Positions 10,521 through 23,420 of a stretch of DNA of 64,000 nt are shown here, one piece after another. Every line of letters starts with the position of its first letter. Positions within the stretch are counted from its first letter, which is position 1. The position numbers and the translations under genes are program-made. A model generated the notes under the pieces. It did no database searches, was not told the origin of the DNA, and worked only from the letters and a program-made list of their open reading frames with translations. Where the stretch lies: the NCBI GenBank assembly GCA_965644495.1, contig CBFFSA010000011.1, positions 496,001 through 560,000 on the forward strand, in the 5' to 3' direction. The DNA comes from Perkinsela sp. CCAP 1560/9 (lineage: Eukaryota; Protista; Euglenozoa: Kinetoplastea).

Positions 10521-11149
10521 ACGGCATACATCTTCCTCAATGAACTTCGGCTAAGCAGCTCAGCCAGATTCTCCTGAAAGGGAGTATGCCCCTCCTCTTA
10601 CTCACTAAGTTGATGATGTTTTGGGTCTTTTGACTCCGAAAAGTTATGGCCCCTCAACTCCCCAAACGGGTAGTCCGAATACGTCTGGCGGCGTATCCGG
10701 AGAGCCAGCCATAGCAAGCTATGGCTGACCTCCGCTTGGAGAGGAGTTAGGTTTCCAAATATTATCCTCCAATAAAGGAAGCCAATAATTAACAGCTCGG
10801 ATAGGAGGGGCTCGCTACTCCCCAACATGGTTTAACAAGCTAAGCCACGACCCTTCCTAACTTTAAATTGTTGTGTGGATACTACCCTAGTTTCTTGACG
10901 TCTTGTTTTACTTAGGCCGGGTAGTTCCACAACATGGGAGATGGTGGCGGCGAAGGGGTCGGCGAAAGGGGGCGCGGCCGAGAGCGCGATCGGAGGGAGA
11001 GCGCGGCGGGGAGCACGATGGGAAGCTCGGCGGGATCTGCGGCGGGGAGCGCGGGGAGAAGCGCGGCGAGTAGAGCGGCAGCGAGCGGCGGAGAGGACGA
11101 GAAGGGGGCGAGTAGGCGGCCAGCTGCGGGTGCGCAGGCGGCGAGCAGT

Positions 11150-13388
11150 GTGGCCACCAGCTGGCCACCCTATCGTAAAGTGGCCACCTGACCACCCCCC
11201 TAAGAAAAAGTGGCCATCCTATGGAAAAGTGGCCACCTGGCCACCCTATGGAAAAGTGGCCACCTGGCCACCCTCTGGAAAAGTAGCCACCTGGCCACCC
11301 TATGAAAAAGTGGCCAGCTGGCCACCCTATGAAAAAGTGGCCAGCTAGCCCCGCTTTGGTTGGCCAGCTGGCCACCCTCTGGAAAAGTGGCCAGCTGGCC
11401 ACCCTCTGGAAAAGTCTCATGGTTGGGTCAGACACCCATTCACACGACAACAAAGTCCTTATGCACGACCTGGTGTAAGTGTTGGAGGAATCTCCTTAAC
11501 AAGGAGTAAACAAAGATATAGGAGTAAACAAAGGCCATGCCTTGATCACAAAGACGCTCCGCATTACGGCGTGGGGATCTCAGGAACGTGCTTCTCATGT
11601 GCACAAGAACAGGTGTGAATCAACACACTACCTTCTTACTTAACCTCTTTTACACACAGCTTGGGTCTTACGGCATACACAAGAGTAGGTGCATACGACG
11701 CATAAGACCCCACCTGGCCACCCTCTGGAAAAGTAACCACCTGGCCACCCTAAGAAAAAGTAGCCACCTGGCCACCCTATGAAAAAGTGGCCACCTGGCC
11801 ACCCTATGAAAAAGTGGCCACCTGGCCACCCTATGAAAAAGTGGCCACCTGGCCCCGCTTTGAAAAAGTGGCCACCTGGCCACCCTATCGAAAAGTAGCC
11901 ACCTGGCCACCCTCTGGAAAAGTAACCACCTGGCCACCCTAAGAAAAAGTAGCCACCTGGCCACCCTATGAAAAAGTGGCCAGCTGGCCACCCTCTGGAA
12001 AAGTAGCCACCTGGCCACCCTATGGAAAAGTGGCCACCTGGCCACCCTATGAAAAAGTGGCCACCCTATCGAAAAGTGGCCACCTGGCCACCCTATGAAA
12101 AAGTAGCCACCTGGCCACCCTCTGGAAAAGTAGCCACCTGGCCACCATATGAAAAAGTGGCCAGCTGGCCACCCTATGAAAAAGTGGCCACCTGGCCACC
12201 CTATGAAAAAGTGGCCACCTGGCCACCCTATGAAAAAGTGGCCACCTGGCCACCCTATTAAAAAGTAGCCACCTGGCCACCCTCTGGAAAAGTAGCCACC
12301 TGGCCACCATATGAAAAAGTGGCCACCTGGCCACCCTATGAAAAAGTGGCCAGCTGGCCACCCTCTGGAAAAGTGGCCACCTGGCCACCCTATCGAAAAG
12401 TGGCCACCTGGCTACCCCATAAAAAAGGGGCCACCTGGCCACCCTATGAAAAAGTGGCCACCTGGCCACCCTATGAAAAAGTGGCCACCTGGCCACCCTA
12501 TGAAAAAGTGGCCAGCTGGCCACCCTATGAAAAAGTGGCCACCTGGCCATCCTATCGAAAAGTGGCCACCTGGCCACCCCATAAAAAAGGGGCCACTTGG
12601 CCACCCTATCTAAAAGTAGCCACCTGGCCACCCTATGAAAAAGGGGCCACCTGGCCACCCTATGAAAAAGTGGCCACCTGGCCACCCTATGACGAGCTCC
12701 CTCTGAAAAAGTGGCCACCTGGCCACCCTATGAAAAAGTGGCCACCTGGCCCCGCTTTGAAAAAGTGGCCACCTGGCCACCCTATGCGTAACTCGCCACC
12801 TGGCCACCCTATGAAAAAGTGGCCAGCTAGCCCCGCTTTGAAAACGTGGCCACCTGCCCACCCTATGAAAAAGTGGCCACCTGGACACCCTCTGGAAAAG
12901 TGGCCACCTGGCCACCCTATGAAAAAGGGGCCACCTGGCCACCCTCTGGAAAAGTGGCCACCTGGCCACCCTATGAAAAAGGGGCCACCTGGCCACCCTC
13001 TGGAAAAGTGGCCACCTGGCCACCCTATGAAAAAGGGGCCACCTGGCCACCCTCTGGAAAAGTGGCCACCTGGCCACCCTATGAAAAAGGGGCCACCTGG
13101 CCACCCTATGGAAAAGTGGCCACCTGGCCACCCTATGAAAAAGTGGCCAGCTAGCCCCGCTTTGAAAAAGTGGCCACCTGGCCACCCTATGAAAAAGTGG
13201 CCAGCTAGCCCCGCTTTGAAAAAGTGGCCACCTGGCCACCCTATGAAAAAGTGGCCACCTGGCCACCCTATGAAAAAGTGGCCACCTGGCCACCCCATAA
13301 AAAAGTGGCCACCTGGCCACCCCATAAAAAAGTGGCCACCTGGCCACCCTATGAAAAAGTGGCCACCTGGCCACCCTATGAAAAAGTG
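11150..13388 (+). repeat. rDNA spacer tandem array, 27-bp unit GAAAAAGTGGCCACCTGGCCACCCTAT, interrupted at 11415-11710
   Basis: Directly visible tandem repeat with variants (CAGCTG, CCCCGCTTTG, CTCTGG) upstream of the 18S gene. Confidence 0.95.
11415..11710 (+). repeat. Displaced copy of the LSU-3'-end/trailer repeat inside the upstream spacer
   Basis: Near-identical to 21716-22058 except for an internal deletion after 'GTGTTGGAGGAA'. Confidence 0.85.
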
Positions 13389-14404
13389 TGGTGTCCGGGT
13401 GATAGCCAGGCACGATCCAAAATTTACTGCTTTTAGCCGCGTGCTCCAGGCTATGAAATCATAGCTTTTGCCGTACTGCACACTTTTTAGGCTGTGGGCA
13501 CTACGGACGGCACATCGGCCAAGCATCCAATGATCATTTGTTAGTGTGTATGGGTATTTACCCTAGTTTCCTAGTGTTTCGTTGTGTTAACACTGGGTAA
13601 CTCCATACGCGGGAAAGAATCTGTCCTACTTTTTTAGCACCTTGATTTATTGGTGACGGGCAGACTCTTTCCGCGGCATTCCTCACACCCTAGTTCTTTG
13701 GCGCCTTGTTTTGTTGCCGCCGGGTGCTGGAATTGCTATTTTTGGAGATGAAAAAGGTCCAAAAAGTTGTTCACCCACTCACTGTAATCCTGTAAGAAAC
13801 CCCTTTTGTCCTACAAGTGGGGTCGTAGCGCAAGCTTCTCTCGCGAGAGACTTCCCTATGTCGGTCCTCGTACTCTTTTGAAGCGGGGCTGAGACAATTC
13901 ACACCGTTGGCGGTGCAGGTGGTGAAAGAGAAAAAATTAGAGATCAGCAATGAGGGGATTCACGCGGCGACGTAGGCATTGAACAAGGGTTTTCTTTCTC
14001 AAAAGTTTCTACAGAAAGTGTGTGTTTCCACTCACGCACCTCAATGGAGACACCCCATTAACTGGGTAGCGCGAGACTTGCTAACCAACGCTTAAGTGAA
14101 TCTCGTGTTGCGTCAGACTCTGCTTTGCTTGTATTCGCTAAAACTACACTGCTCCGGATTGTTAGAATTGAAGATTTTTATGCTTTGGTCTCTGCTGGAG
14201 ATGGGGTGGGATTATCTCTCCCACCTGACGCATCCAAAAGGATATCTAGACAACATCATCCCGTTCGGTTAATAAGAAAGGGGTGCTTAACGAAAAAGTG
14301 GTGCTTAGCAAAGAAGGGGTGGGTTGCCTGGAAAAGTAACGTACCTTCTTGGTTTCCCGAAACGTTTTATTCCGTGAGATCCCGATGATTAGTCCTTCCC
14401 GAGA
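13389..14404 (+). repeat. ~1-kb spacer segment, copy 1 (candidate rDNA promoter/ETS region)
   Basis: Near-identical to 24996-26022 (a few substitutions and one 11-bp indel). It ends about 390 bp upstream of the 18S gene. Confidence 0.85.
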
Positions 14405-14405
14405 T

Positions 14406-14533
14406 GGAAAAAGTGGCCACCCCCCAAAAAAAGTGGCCACCTGGCCACCCCTCAAAAAAAGTGGCCACCTGGCCACCCCCCAAAAAAAGTGGCCACCTGG
14501 CCGCCCCCCCAAAAAAAGTGGCCACCTGGCCAC
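14406..14533 (+). repeat. Short variant of the 27-bp spacer array (C-run/A-run variant)
   Basis: About 5 copies of AAAAAAGTGGCCACCTGGCCACCCCC, roughly 260 bp before the 18S start. Confidence 0.85.
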
Positions 14534-14795
14534 CAAAAACACGGTTTGCATTTTGTACATGTAAGATGAAAAAAATTTTGGATGGTTCGACCCGTAATTG
14601 AAAGTGAGGCGAAAGTGCCCACAAGTCGCAACGCAGCTCACTCGTATGATTGAATACATCTTGTGGCTTCCTAGTAAGCCGATGTATGCACGATGAGGAA
14701 CAGAAATACAGTCCCATTGAGATGGGTACTACATTGAACCTTACAGTTTACTGTGAGGGAACAGATTGAGAGAGGAATCACCCTCCCTTTCAAGA

Positions 14796-16820
14796 AACCT
14801 GGTTGATTCTGCCAGTAGTCATATGCTTGTTTCAAGGATTAAGCCATGCAAGCCTAAGAGTAACTGAGACAATAGGAGGTCTGCGAACGGCTCATTATAT
14901 CAGAAATGATCTACCGGGAGAATTGCAGTGAAAACTGCTTGAATGGATAACTTCGCGAAAGGCGAAGCTAATACATGTACGTCACGTGACACATTCCATT
15001 CAACCACTGCGGGGAAACCCAAGGTGGGGAATGTGGCTCGCGAATGGTTGGTACAAAGACCGACGCCAGTAATGGCAGTGTCGTAAATTGATGAATCAAA
15101 CCATTCAGCAAAAGCGCACCTTTGGTGTGCGAGTCCCGACGAATTTCTGCCCTATCAGCTTTTGACGGTAGTGTAGTGGACTACCGTGGCGATAACGGGT
15201 ACGGGGAATTAGGGTTCGATTCCGGAGAGGGAGCCTGAGAAACAGCTACCACTTCTACGGAGGGCAGCAGGCGCGTAAATTGCCCAATGCCAAATTGGTG
15301 AGGCAGCGAAGAGAAATAGCGTCCCCGCCTCTTTGAGTGTGGGGTTCGCAATGGGTGGTACGTAAACCCACCAACGAGTAACAATTGGAGGACAAGTCTG
15401 GTGCCAGCACCCGCGGTAATTCCAGCTCCAATAGCGTATATTAACGTTGTTGCTGTTAAAGGGTTCGTAGTTGAATTCAGAGTGGTGAAAGTTTGCTGCC
15501 TCGGCAGCTCTTCCTCACCACTCTGTCCTAGACGGGGCCGGAGTCTGCGGAAGCGTCCCTTCAGTGGTGACGTGGAAGCGGTTGGCCGAAGAGGCTAACA
15601 TCCCACATGCAACGCATGTCGAGACCGCCCGTCGTTATCACTGTGAAGAAAACAGCGTGTTCAAAGCAGCCGCCTGCGGCTGGATGATAAAGCATGGAAT
15701 GACAAAGCATCGACCACTGGGTCAGTCTTTTGTCGGTTTTTACGACCCAACATGGGTAATCGGTTGGCGAAGTGTTAATTTCCGTCACCTTGTGTGATGG
15801 AAAGCTTCGTCGAACACGGGATCAATGGGGGTTGTCGGGGGAAAACGTATCTGAGCGTGAGAGGTGAAATTCTTAGACCGCTCGGGGACGAACTTATGCG
15901 AAGGCATTTTCCAAGTATACCTTCATCAATCAAGAACTAAAGTGTGGAGATCGAAGATGATTAGATACCATTGTAGTCCACGACTGCAAACGATGACGCC
16001 CATGGATCGGATAGCATTTTGCTCTGATGGGATCTTTTCGGCACTGCTCCCCCTTCAACGCGAAAGCTGAGGCTATGGTCTCATGGGGGAGTACGTTCGC
16101 AAGGCTGAAACTTAAAGAAATTGACGGAATGGCACCACCAGGCGTGGAGTGTGCGGTTTAATTTGACTCAACACGGGGAACCTTACCAGGACAGGACAAC
16201 GGTAGGATTGACAGATTGAGAGTTCTTTCTTAATTCGTTTGACGGTGGTGCATGGCCGCTTTTGGTCGGTGAAGTGATTTGTTTGGTTGATTCCTTTAAC
16301 GGACGAGACCCAATCCGCTTACTAGGGGCACCATCTACCGAAAGGTAAACGGAAGCGAGGGGATTCGTCCCACTCGTCTTCCCAGATAGTGCATCCCCTT
16401 CTTCGCGGCATTCCGTGCGCCTTAGCACGGTGGCATTTTGGGCAACAGCAGGTCCGTGATGCTCCTAAATGTCCTGGGCGACACGCGCACTACAATGACA
16501 AAGTGAATGAGTGAAGCCTTTTTGGTCCTTCTTCGAAAGAAGTGGGGAAACTGAGAAAACTCTGTCGTGCTTGGGATCGAAGCTTGCAATTATTCTTCTT
16601 GAACGAGGAATGCCTAGTAGACGTGCTTCATCAAAGCGCATTGACTACGTCCCTGCCATTTGTACACACCGCCCGTCGTTGTTACCGATGCCAGTTGGAT
16701 AAAGGTTAACGGACTTGCGATCCCTTCGAGGATTGTGGGAAAGTTAACCCATATTTAACTAGTAGAGGAAGCAAAAGTCGTAACAAGGTAGCTGTAGGTG
16801 AACCTGCAGCTGGATCATTT
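14796..16820 (+). rRNA. 18S (SSU) rRNA, kinetoplastid-type
   Basis: Starts AACCTGGTTGATTCTGCCAGTAGTCATATGCTTGTTTCAAGG; contains GTGCCAGCACCCGCGGTAATTCC and GTACACACCGCCCGTCG; ends GTAGGTGAACCTGCAGCTGGATCATT. These variants are euglenozoan/kinetoplastid-like. Confidence 0.98.
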
Positions 16821-17073
16821 CGAAAGTTTTCGAACCTTGAACAACAGGCACACCGTACGGTGCGTCCTAACACAGCCCTCCCGAGTGCTCGTTTGCGCTC
16901 GGGGAAGGGAAACCGTCTGTTCCAAACCCCGTTCGCGGGGTTTGGGGGGACTCCTTTTTTGTTCCTCCTCGTCGACGGCTTGCGCCGTAGACGGCTCAAG
17001 GGGGTTTACTCGGCCCGGTGCTACGCGTGGGGGGGAAACCCCCCACGCGCCCGGATGAAACCGAGTCATGTAT

Positions 17074-17229
17074 AACTTATGACGGTGGATGTCTTGGCTT
17101 CCCAATCGATGAAGGACGCGGCAATATGCGATAATTCGTACGCATTGCAGAATCAAGCGTAGTACTAAACCTTTGAACGCAACATGTGTGCTGGGTCTCG
17201 CACTCAAGCACGTCCACAGTTCAGTGCCG
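17074..17229 (+). rRNA. 5.8S rRNA
   Basis: AACTTATGACGGTGGATGTCTTGGCTT...CGATGAAGGACGCGGC...TTGCAGAAT...TTTGAACGCA; ends approximate. Confidence 0.93.
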
Positions 17230-17302
17230 ATAACCTTGCTGGGGAACGACACGTGCCCTGAAATCGAATTCCGTTGGTGTCTCACACCAAAGAAACCATT
17301 TT

Positions 17303-18714
17303 CAAGGCCTGAGCTGTGGTCGACCACCCGCTGAACTTAAGCATATCATTAAGCGGAGGAAAAGAAAACAACTGTGATTCCCCTAGTAGCGGCGAGCGAA
17401 GAGGGATTAGCCCAATCCGAATCGGATCACATCCGAATTGTGGGGTAAGAGGTCTCAGGAAAGCCTGGACACTCGGACAAGTCTTCCTGGAACGGAGCGC
17501 CATAGAGGGTGAGAGCCCCTTGATCCGAGTCCTCCTCAGGCGGGATTAACTTGAGACTTGCGGAGTAGTACTGCTTGGGAATGCAGTGCGAAGGGCAGGT
17601 ATACCTCTGCCAAGGCTAAATATCTTGGGAAGACCGATAGCATACAAGTAGCGTGAGCGAAAGATGAAAAGCACTTTGGAGAGAGAGTGAAATAGCACCT
17701 GAAGCCGTCATAAGATAAGGGATGTACCACTATCCAAGACGTGTGTAGGGCACCTCGGGGGCAACCCCGGGGTGTCTTCCGCACACGTCATGTCTGTCGC
17801 TGTTCCCACGCCGAGCAAGGGGGTTGGTGTGATTTCGCACCTTCGTCACTTTTGTACTCGAGCGTGTGGTTGGGACAGTCTTACCCTTCGGGAGGGATGA
17901 AACGGTGGAGATCTCGGCTGCGGCTCCGTCCTGGGTTTGGAGCGTCTCCCGCCCTCGGGTGGGGGCCTCCGGCTCGGATGGGGTTCGCGGCAGGAGCTCC
18001 CGTGTTCGCTCTCCACAGACAGACTTTGAGATGGCCATAGGCCACGATGGGGTTCATCCGCCCGTCTTGAAACACGGACCAAGGAGTCTAACAAGTATGC
18101 GAGTCATATACTGGAAAGGTATAAGGCGTACTGAAAGGGAAGCGCGTATGTCCGCGTGAGGTGTCAACCCGTTGTGCGGGGTTATGCCCCGCACCCGGGT
18201 GCAACACCGGCCGAGACTTGGCCATGGGCCGGGTTTTTGAGCCTGAGCATACATGTTGGGACCCGAAAGGTGGTGATCTATGCCTGAACAGGACGAAGCC
18301 GAGGGAAACCTGGGTGGAGGTCCGTAGCGATGTTGACGTGCAAATCACTCGTTGGATTTGGGTATAGGGGCGAAAGACTCATCGAACCACCTAGTAGCTG
18401 GTTCACCCCGAAGTTTCCCTCAGGATAGCTGGTGACAGTAAAGCAGTCGTGTGCGGTAAAGCAAATGATTAGAGGCATTGGCTTCAATTTGATGTCGACC
18501 TATTCTCAAACTTTAAACGTGCACAGCATTTGGCTTGCTTTCATGAAGCCAAAGGTAATGGATGATGTCACCAAGTGGGCCTCTTTCGGTAAGCGGAACA
18601 GGCGATGCGGAATGCTCCGCAAGGGAACTTAAGGCGCCTAAGTGCGGGCTCATAGATACCATGAAGGGTGTTCGTTGATCTAGACAGCAGGACGGTGGCC
18701 ATGGAAGTCGGAAT

Positions 18715-18748
<34 letters not shown>

Positions 18749-19842
18749 TCAACCAGCCCCGAAAATGGATGGCGCTCAAGCCCGCCGCCGACAGTTCCCC
18801 GGAACTGTAACTGTGGGAGGGCACAAGAAACACAGTTCCGTGTAGGGGTGCGTGGAGGCAAAGCTGCGAAGCCTTTGGCGTGAGCCTGGGTGGAGCTGCC
18901 TCTAGTGCAGATCTTGGTTGTAGTAGCGAATATTCAACTGCGGAAATTCCGCGATATATCGTTGAAGGCTGAAGTGGGGAAGGGTTTCGTGTCAACGGCG
19001 ATCGGACACGAGTCACTCGGTACTAAAGCCAACGTTGGACCGCACTTGTGGAACGGGGTGATGGCCGCCCGGGCGCCGCGTTCGCTCACCTCGTGTGGGC
19101 GGGCGTCGATGCCTGGGAACTCTACGGCTCCACCCAGTTGGCTGAAAGTAAAGCGGGCTTAACATTCCCGCAGCTGACCATGGGAATTTGAGGCGGTAAC
19201 GCTTTTGAGACGATGCTGGTGACAGTGTGGGACGGGCCCGGAAGAGTTCTCTTTTCTTTTGAATGGACTTCCCCCTCCGTTGAGTTCGCGTCGTGCGGTG
19301 ACGCGGAAGGGGATCCAGCAAAGCCATGCATTTGTGCGTGGTAGGGAAACCGTCTCACGCTTCAGAAAAAGCCAGCGGGGTCCTATTTCCTGATGGCAGG
19401 CCGTACCCATATCCGCATCCGGTCCCCAAGCTTAGAAAGCTCTAGCCAATAGAACAAGGTAGTCTAAGGGAAGTCGGCAAATTAGATGCGTATGCTCGCG
19501 AGAAGCATTGGCTCTGAAGGCAAAGCTGTTGGGAGCCGGCAAGTCCCTGGGCTCAAGGTCCTGGCTGACGTGCCCGCGTCGCGTGCTCCGCCCGCCTTGC
19601 GTGGGTGGGGCGTGTGTGCTGCGGTGTCACGCTTGACGGGGCCTCCAGGGACTACGCCGACCCTTCGGGGACGGTGCAGCCGGGCAAACTCTCACAGCGC
19701 TGAATTGCTGTTTCAGAACTGCTTACCAAGGGGAATCCAACTGTATAATTAAAACACAGGCTTGCGACGCAGCCAAGTGCTGTATGACGCAAGCTGATTT
19801 CTGCCCAGTGCTCTGAATGTCAATGTGACGAGATTCACCTAC

Positions 19843-19899
<57 letters not shown>

Positions 19900-20644
19900 T
19901 TCTAATTAGAGACGCGCATGAATGGATTAATGAGATTCCCACTGTCCCTAGCTACCATCTAGCGAACCAACTGCGTCAAGGGAACGGTCTTGAATGATTA
20001 AGCGGGGAAAGAAGACCCTGTTGAGTTTGACTCCAGTCTCAGTTTGCCGGGCGACATAGGAGGTGTAGTCATAGGTGGGAGGTGCTCGAAAGGGTGCCGG
20101 TTCTGAAAAACCACTTCTTTTATCGTTGCTCGGCAAATCCAATGATAAGGCAAAGGGAGTTATGTCTTAAGGGGCTTCACGGCTCCCAGGGCATTCGTGC
20201 ACCGTCCGAGTCCTACGGGAAATTCAACGGTGCCAACTCACCTGTTGTAGCTCTAAACCCAGGTGCGGATGTACCAGGGTGAGCCTATGTTTGGAGACAA
20301 GACTGAGATGGGGAGTTTGGCTGGGGCGGCATATCTGCTAAACGACAACGCAGGTGTCCTAAGGCGAGCTCAGTGAGGACAGAAACCTCACGTGGCGCAC
20401 AAGGGCAAAAGCTCGCTTGATCTTAGACTTTCAGTACGAGTCTAGAATGTGAAAGCATGGCCAGCGATCCTTTGAGCACGTACATTCAGGTATAATGCCA
20501 GAGGTGTCATAAAAATTACCACAGGGATAACTGGCTTGTGGCAGCCAAGCGTTCCTAGCGACGTTGCCGTTTGATCCTTCGATGTCGGCTCTTCCTAGCC
20601 TTGCGCCGCAGTTGACGCAAAGGGTCGGATTGTTCACCCGGATG

Positions 20645-20688
<44 letters not shown>

Positions 20689-21070
20689 TTACCCTACTTA
20701 ATCAAACATTTCGGCAGGTTTGCCGAGGGAAATACGAAGTAGTACGAGAGGAACTTTCGTTTCGCCTCCCTAGCAACAGCGGCCCTTTGAAAAGAGGCGC
20801 CGCAAGACCACCAGGCGATGATTAACAGCTGAACGCCTCTTAAGCTGGAAATCAATCCCGAAGCAAACTTGGGCCTTCTAGGCCACTTGGGCGCAAAACG
20901 CGAGCGCGAAAACCATAATTACTCAAGTAATACGCGCGGTAGTAACCCTACCCCTATGAAAGAGCGGAGCGTCCAATCACACCCGGAACAGACGATTCCT
21001 TATGCACGACCTGGTGTAAGTGTTGGAGGAACCTCGGTTCCGACTCACTGAGCCCGTGTACGTGCCCATA
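17303..21070 (+). rRNA. 28S (LSU) rRNA
   Basis: ACCCGCTGAACTTAAGCAT near the 5' end; CCGTCTTGAAACACGGACCAAG; GACTCTCTTAAGGTAGCCAAATGCC; sarcin-ricin loop AGTACGAGAGGAAC (~20740); GAACGCCTCT. The 3' end is approximate. Confidence 0.96.
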
Positions 21071-21404
21071 GGTGCAATTTTGCAATTCAATCTACCTAAC
21101 AAGGAGTAGGTAACAAGGCCTAACTTAGGCAACAACAAGGCAATAGTCTTGACACACACACTCAGATCCCTGCATGGGATCTCACAAACGTGCATTCCAT
21201 ATAAACAACCACAGGGGTGGTCAATAAAAAAGGACCCCACATTCTCGTCACCAACATCCACGGTGAGTCCTGCACAACCCTCTCTCTTCAAGCTTACACA
21301 GCTTCCTCACTATATAAATGAAACAGATGTAGAGCACATAGCAGGTGTGCTATGTGTGATCATGTGTTGATACACTCTCACTCCACGGTCAAGTCTCAAC
21401 AACC

Positions 21405-22110
21405 TCATGGTTGGGTCAGACACCCACTCACACGACAACAAAGTCCTTATGCACGACCTGGTGTAAGTGTTGGAGGAACCTCGGTTCCGACTCACTGAGC
21501 TCGTGCCCATAGGTGCAATTTTGCAATTCAATCTACCTAACAAGGAGTAAACAAAGATAACACAAAGGTGTTATGCCTTGATCACAGAGACAAAACCGTC
21601 TCGATCACAAAGACTCCGCATTACAGTGTGGGGATCTCAGGAACGTGCTTCTCATGTGCACAAGAATGTATGTGTTCCACTTGCACGAGAGGTACATAAA
21701 GCGCTTCATGGTAGTCTCATGGTTGGGTCAGACACCCACTCACACGACAACAAAGTCTTTATGCACGACCTGGTGTAAGTGTTGGAGGAACCTCGGTTCC
21801 GACTCACTGAGCCCGTGTACGTGCCCATAGGTGCAATTCAACCTACGTAACAAGGAGTAAACAAAGATATAGGAGTAAACAAAGGCCATGCCTTGATCAC
21901 AAAGACGCTCCGCATTACGGCGTGGGGATCTCAGGAACGTGCTTCTCATGTGCACAAGAACATGTGTGAATCAACACACTACCTTCTTACTTAACCTCTT
22001 TTACACACAGCTTGGGTCTTACGGCATACACAAGAGTAGGTGCATACGACGCATAAGACAAAAAAATCAGAATGATCTAGTTGAAAGAACTTCCGTTCCG
22101 ACTCACTGTA
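21405..22110 (+). repeat. Tandem duplications (~311-bp period) containing the LSU 3'-terminal helix
   Basis: CCTTATGCACGACCTGGTGTAAGTGTTGGAGGAACCTCGGTTCCGACTCACTGAGC occurs at ~20998 (native), ~21444 and ~21757, with a vestige at ~22085. Confidence 0.9.
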
Positions 22111-22743
22111 CTACCACTTTGTTCCACAGATCGCTCTGTTTTTAACCGGATGGGAGTGGCTTAGTATGATTGAAATGGATTGAATGCGTAACGACGCCTC
22201 CAATCCCTCCACGGAGGCACGGCATCCACACCGCAGTGAGGATGATGCGTGCGCAAGAGTTAGTACTGTCTGAGAATAAAAAAATCAACAAGGTACAGAA
22301 ACTGTATCTCTATCGTTACCGTGTACATGCCTCTAAGTGCAATTTCGCAAGTCAACGAAAACAAATGATCCTTCACAGGGCAGACATACTCATGACTCTG
22401 CTTTCAAGGCACTGCAGTCATGAGCTGCAGTCATTTTGGGGGCGAGGTTGTCCAGTGATTGACTGCTCGTTACACTCGCTTAGCGATGAATTCCGATCCT
22501 TCATCCCTTCGTCAAAGTCATCCCACTTCCGATTTACGTCATCTATCTTCCCGGAATACGGGAAATTCGTTTTTGAGTGGGAATGTTCTATGAGAGAGAA
22601 AGCACTGAGTATGGAGAGGAAAGCTAGTGAACAAGAGAGCCAAACTACAAATTTTATAAGTAGTGCACGTGAATTTGTTCCGTACATCGATAAGTAGCGT
22701 ACCTGGATAAGTAGCGTGCTTGGGGGCACAGATGGGCGTTGTA

Positions 22744-23420
22744 GTAGTTTGGATGAGTACTCATCGAAACGACCTCTGCACATGGTACTTTGGATGAGTA
22801 CTTTTCACTATATTACCAACGTCTGACTCTGTAAGGCTAAACTGTGAACGTAGCCCTGGGACACGTGTGCTTCTCTCTAGATTCGTGGGAAGCAATTTGC
22901 GAAGCCCAACTACTTGATAACAAATTTTAGTACCCATTTTGGCCGCGCGGGGGCCCCCGCGTGAGCGGGGGTGCGCGCGGCCGCGAAACGGCGAGGGCCC
23001 GCGTGAGCGGGCCTGAGCCGTACCCCGCGTAGGATTCCCCTGTGCGTCGTTAGTGGGAAGCAATTTGCGAAGCTCACCGAATTTCGTAGTTTTCTCTACG
23101 CAGGCGTTGTCAACGTATGTAGTGAAGTGTAGGATACTGAACGCACGGAAAATGAAAATCAAAAAAAATTCTTGGGTGTTCCACAAAAGTCCTTGACTTA
23201 TGCAAAAGTCCTTGACTTCCACCGGCGCTGAGAACCTATGTCTGCCACTTCCGCAGGATTGTGTATTTTTGTACTATATTGCATCACCTATAACCTGGCA
23301 ACAATTTACGTGATTGCTGACTACGGAAGAAAGTACTCATGAGATGCGCCACGGAAGAAAGTACTCATCCAAAGTACCATGTGTAGGGGTCGTTTCAATG
23401 AGTACTCATCCAAACTACCG
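22744..23420. mobile_element. Foldback/MITE-like element with ~60-bp inverted arms
   Basis: 22744-22804 is the near reverse complement of ~23358-23419. The interior contains a GC-rich block and direct repeats of GTGGGAAGCAATTTGCGAAGC (~22885, ~23053). Confidence 0.6.

Noticed and set aside
22748-22790. Hammerhead ribozyme in the 41-bp unit (GGATGAG...CGAAAC), also CTGATGAG...CGAAG at ~2790
   Set aside because: The first lacks the CUGANGA core and a closable stem III; the second lacks GAAA and stem II.
23266-23281. Spliced-leader-like TTTTTGTACTATATTG
   Set aside because: Only ~12 nt match the trypanosome SL 3' end; there is no GT donor after it and no 5' SL portion.
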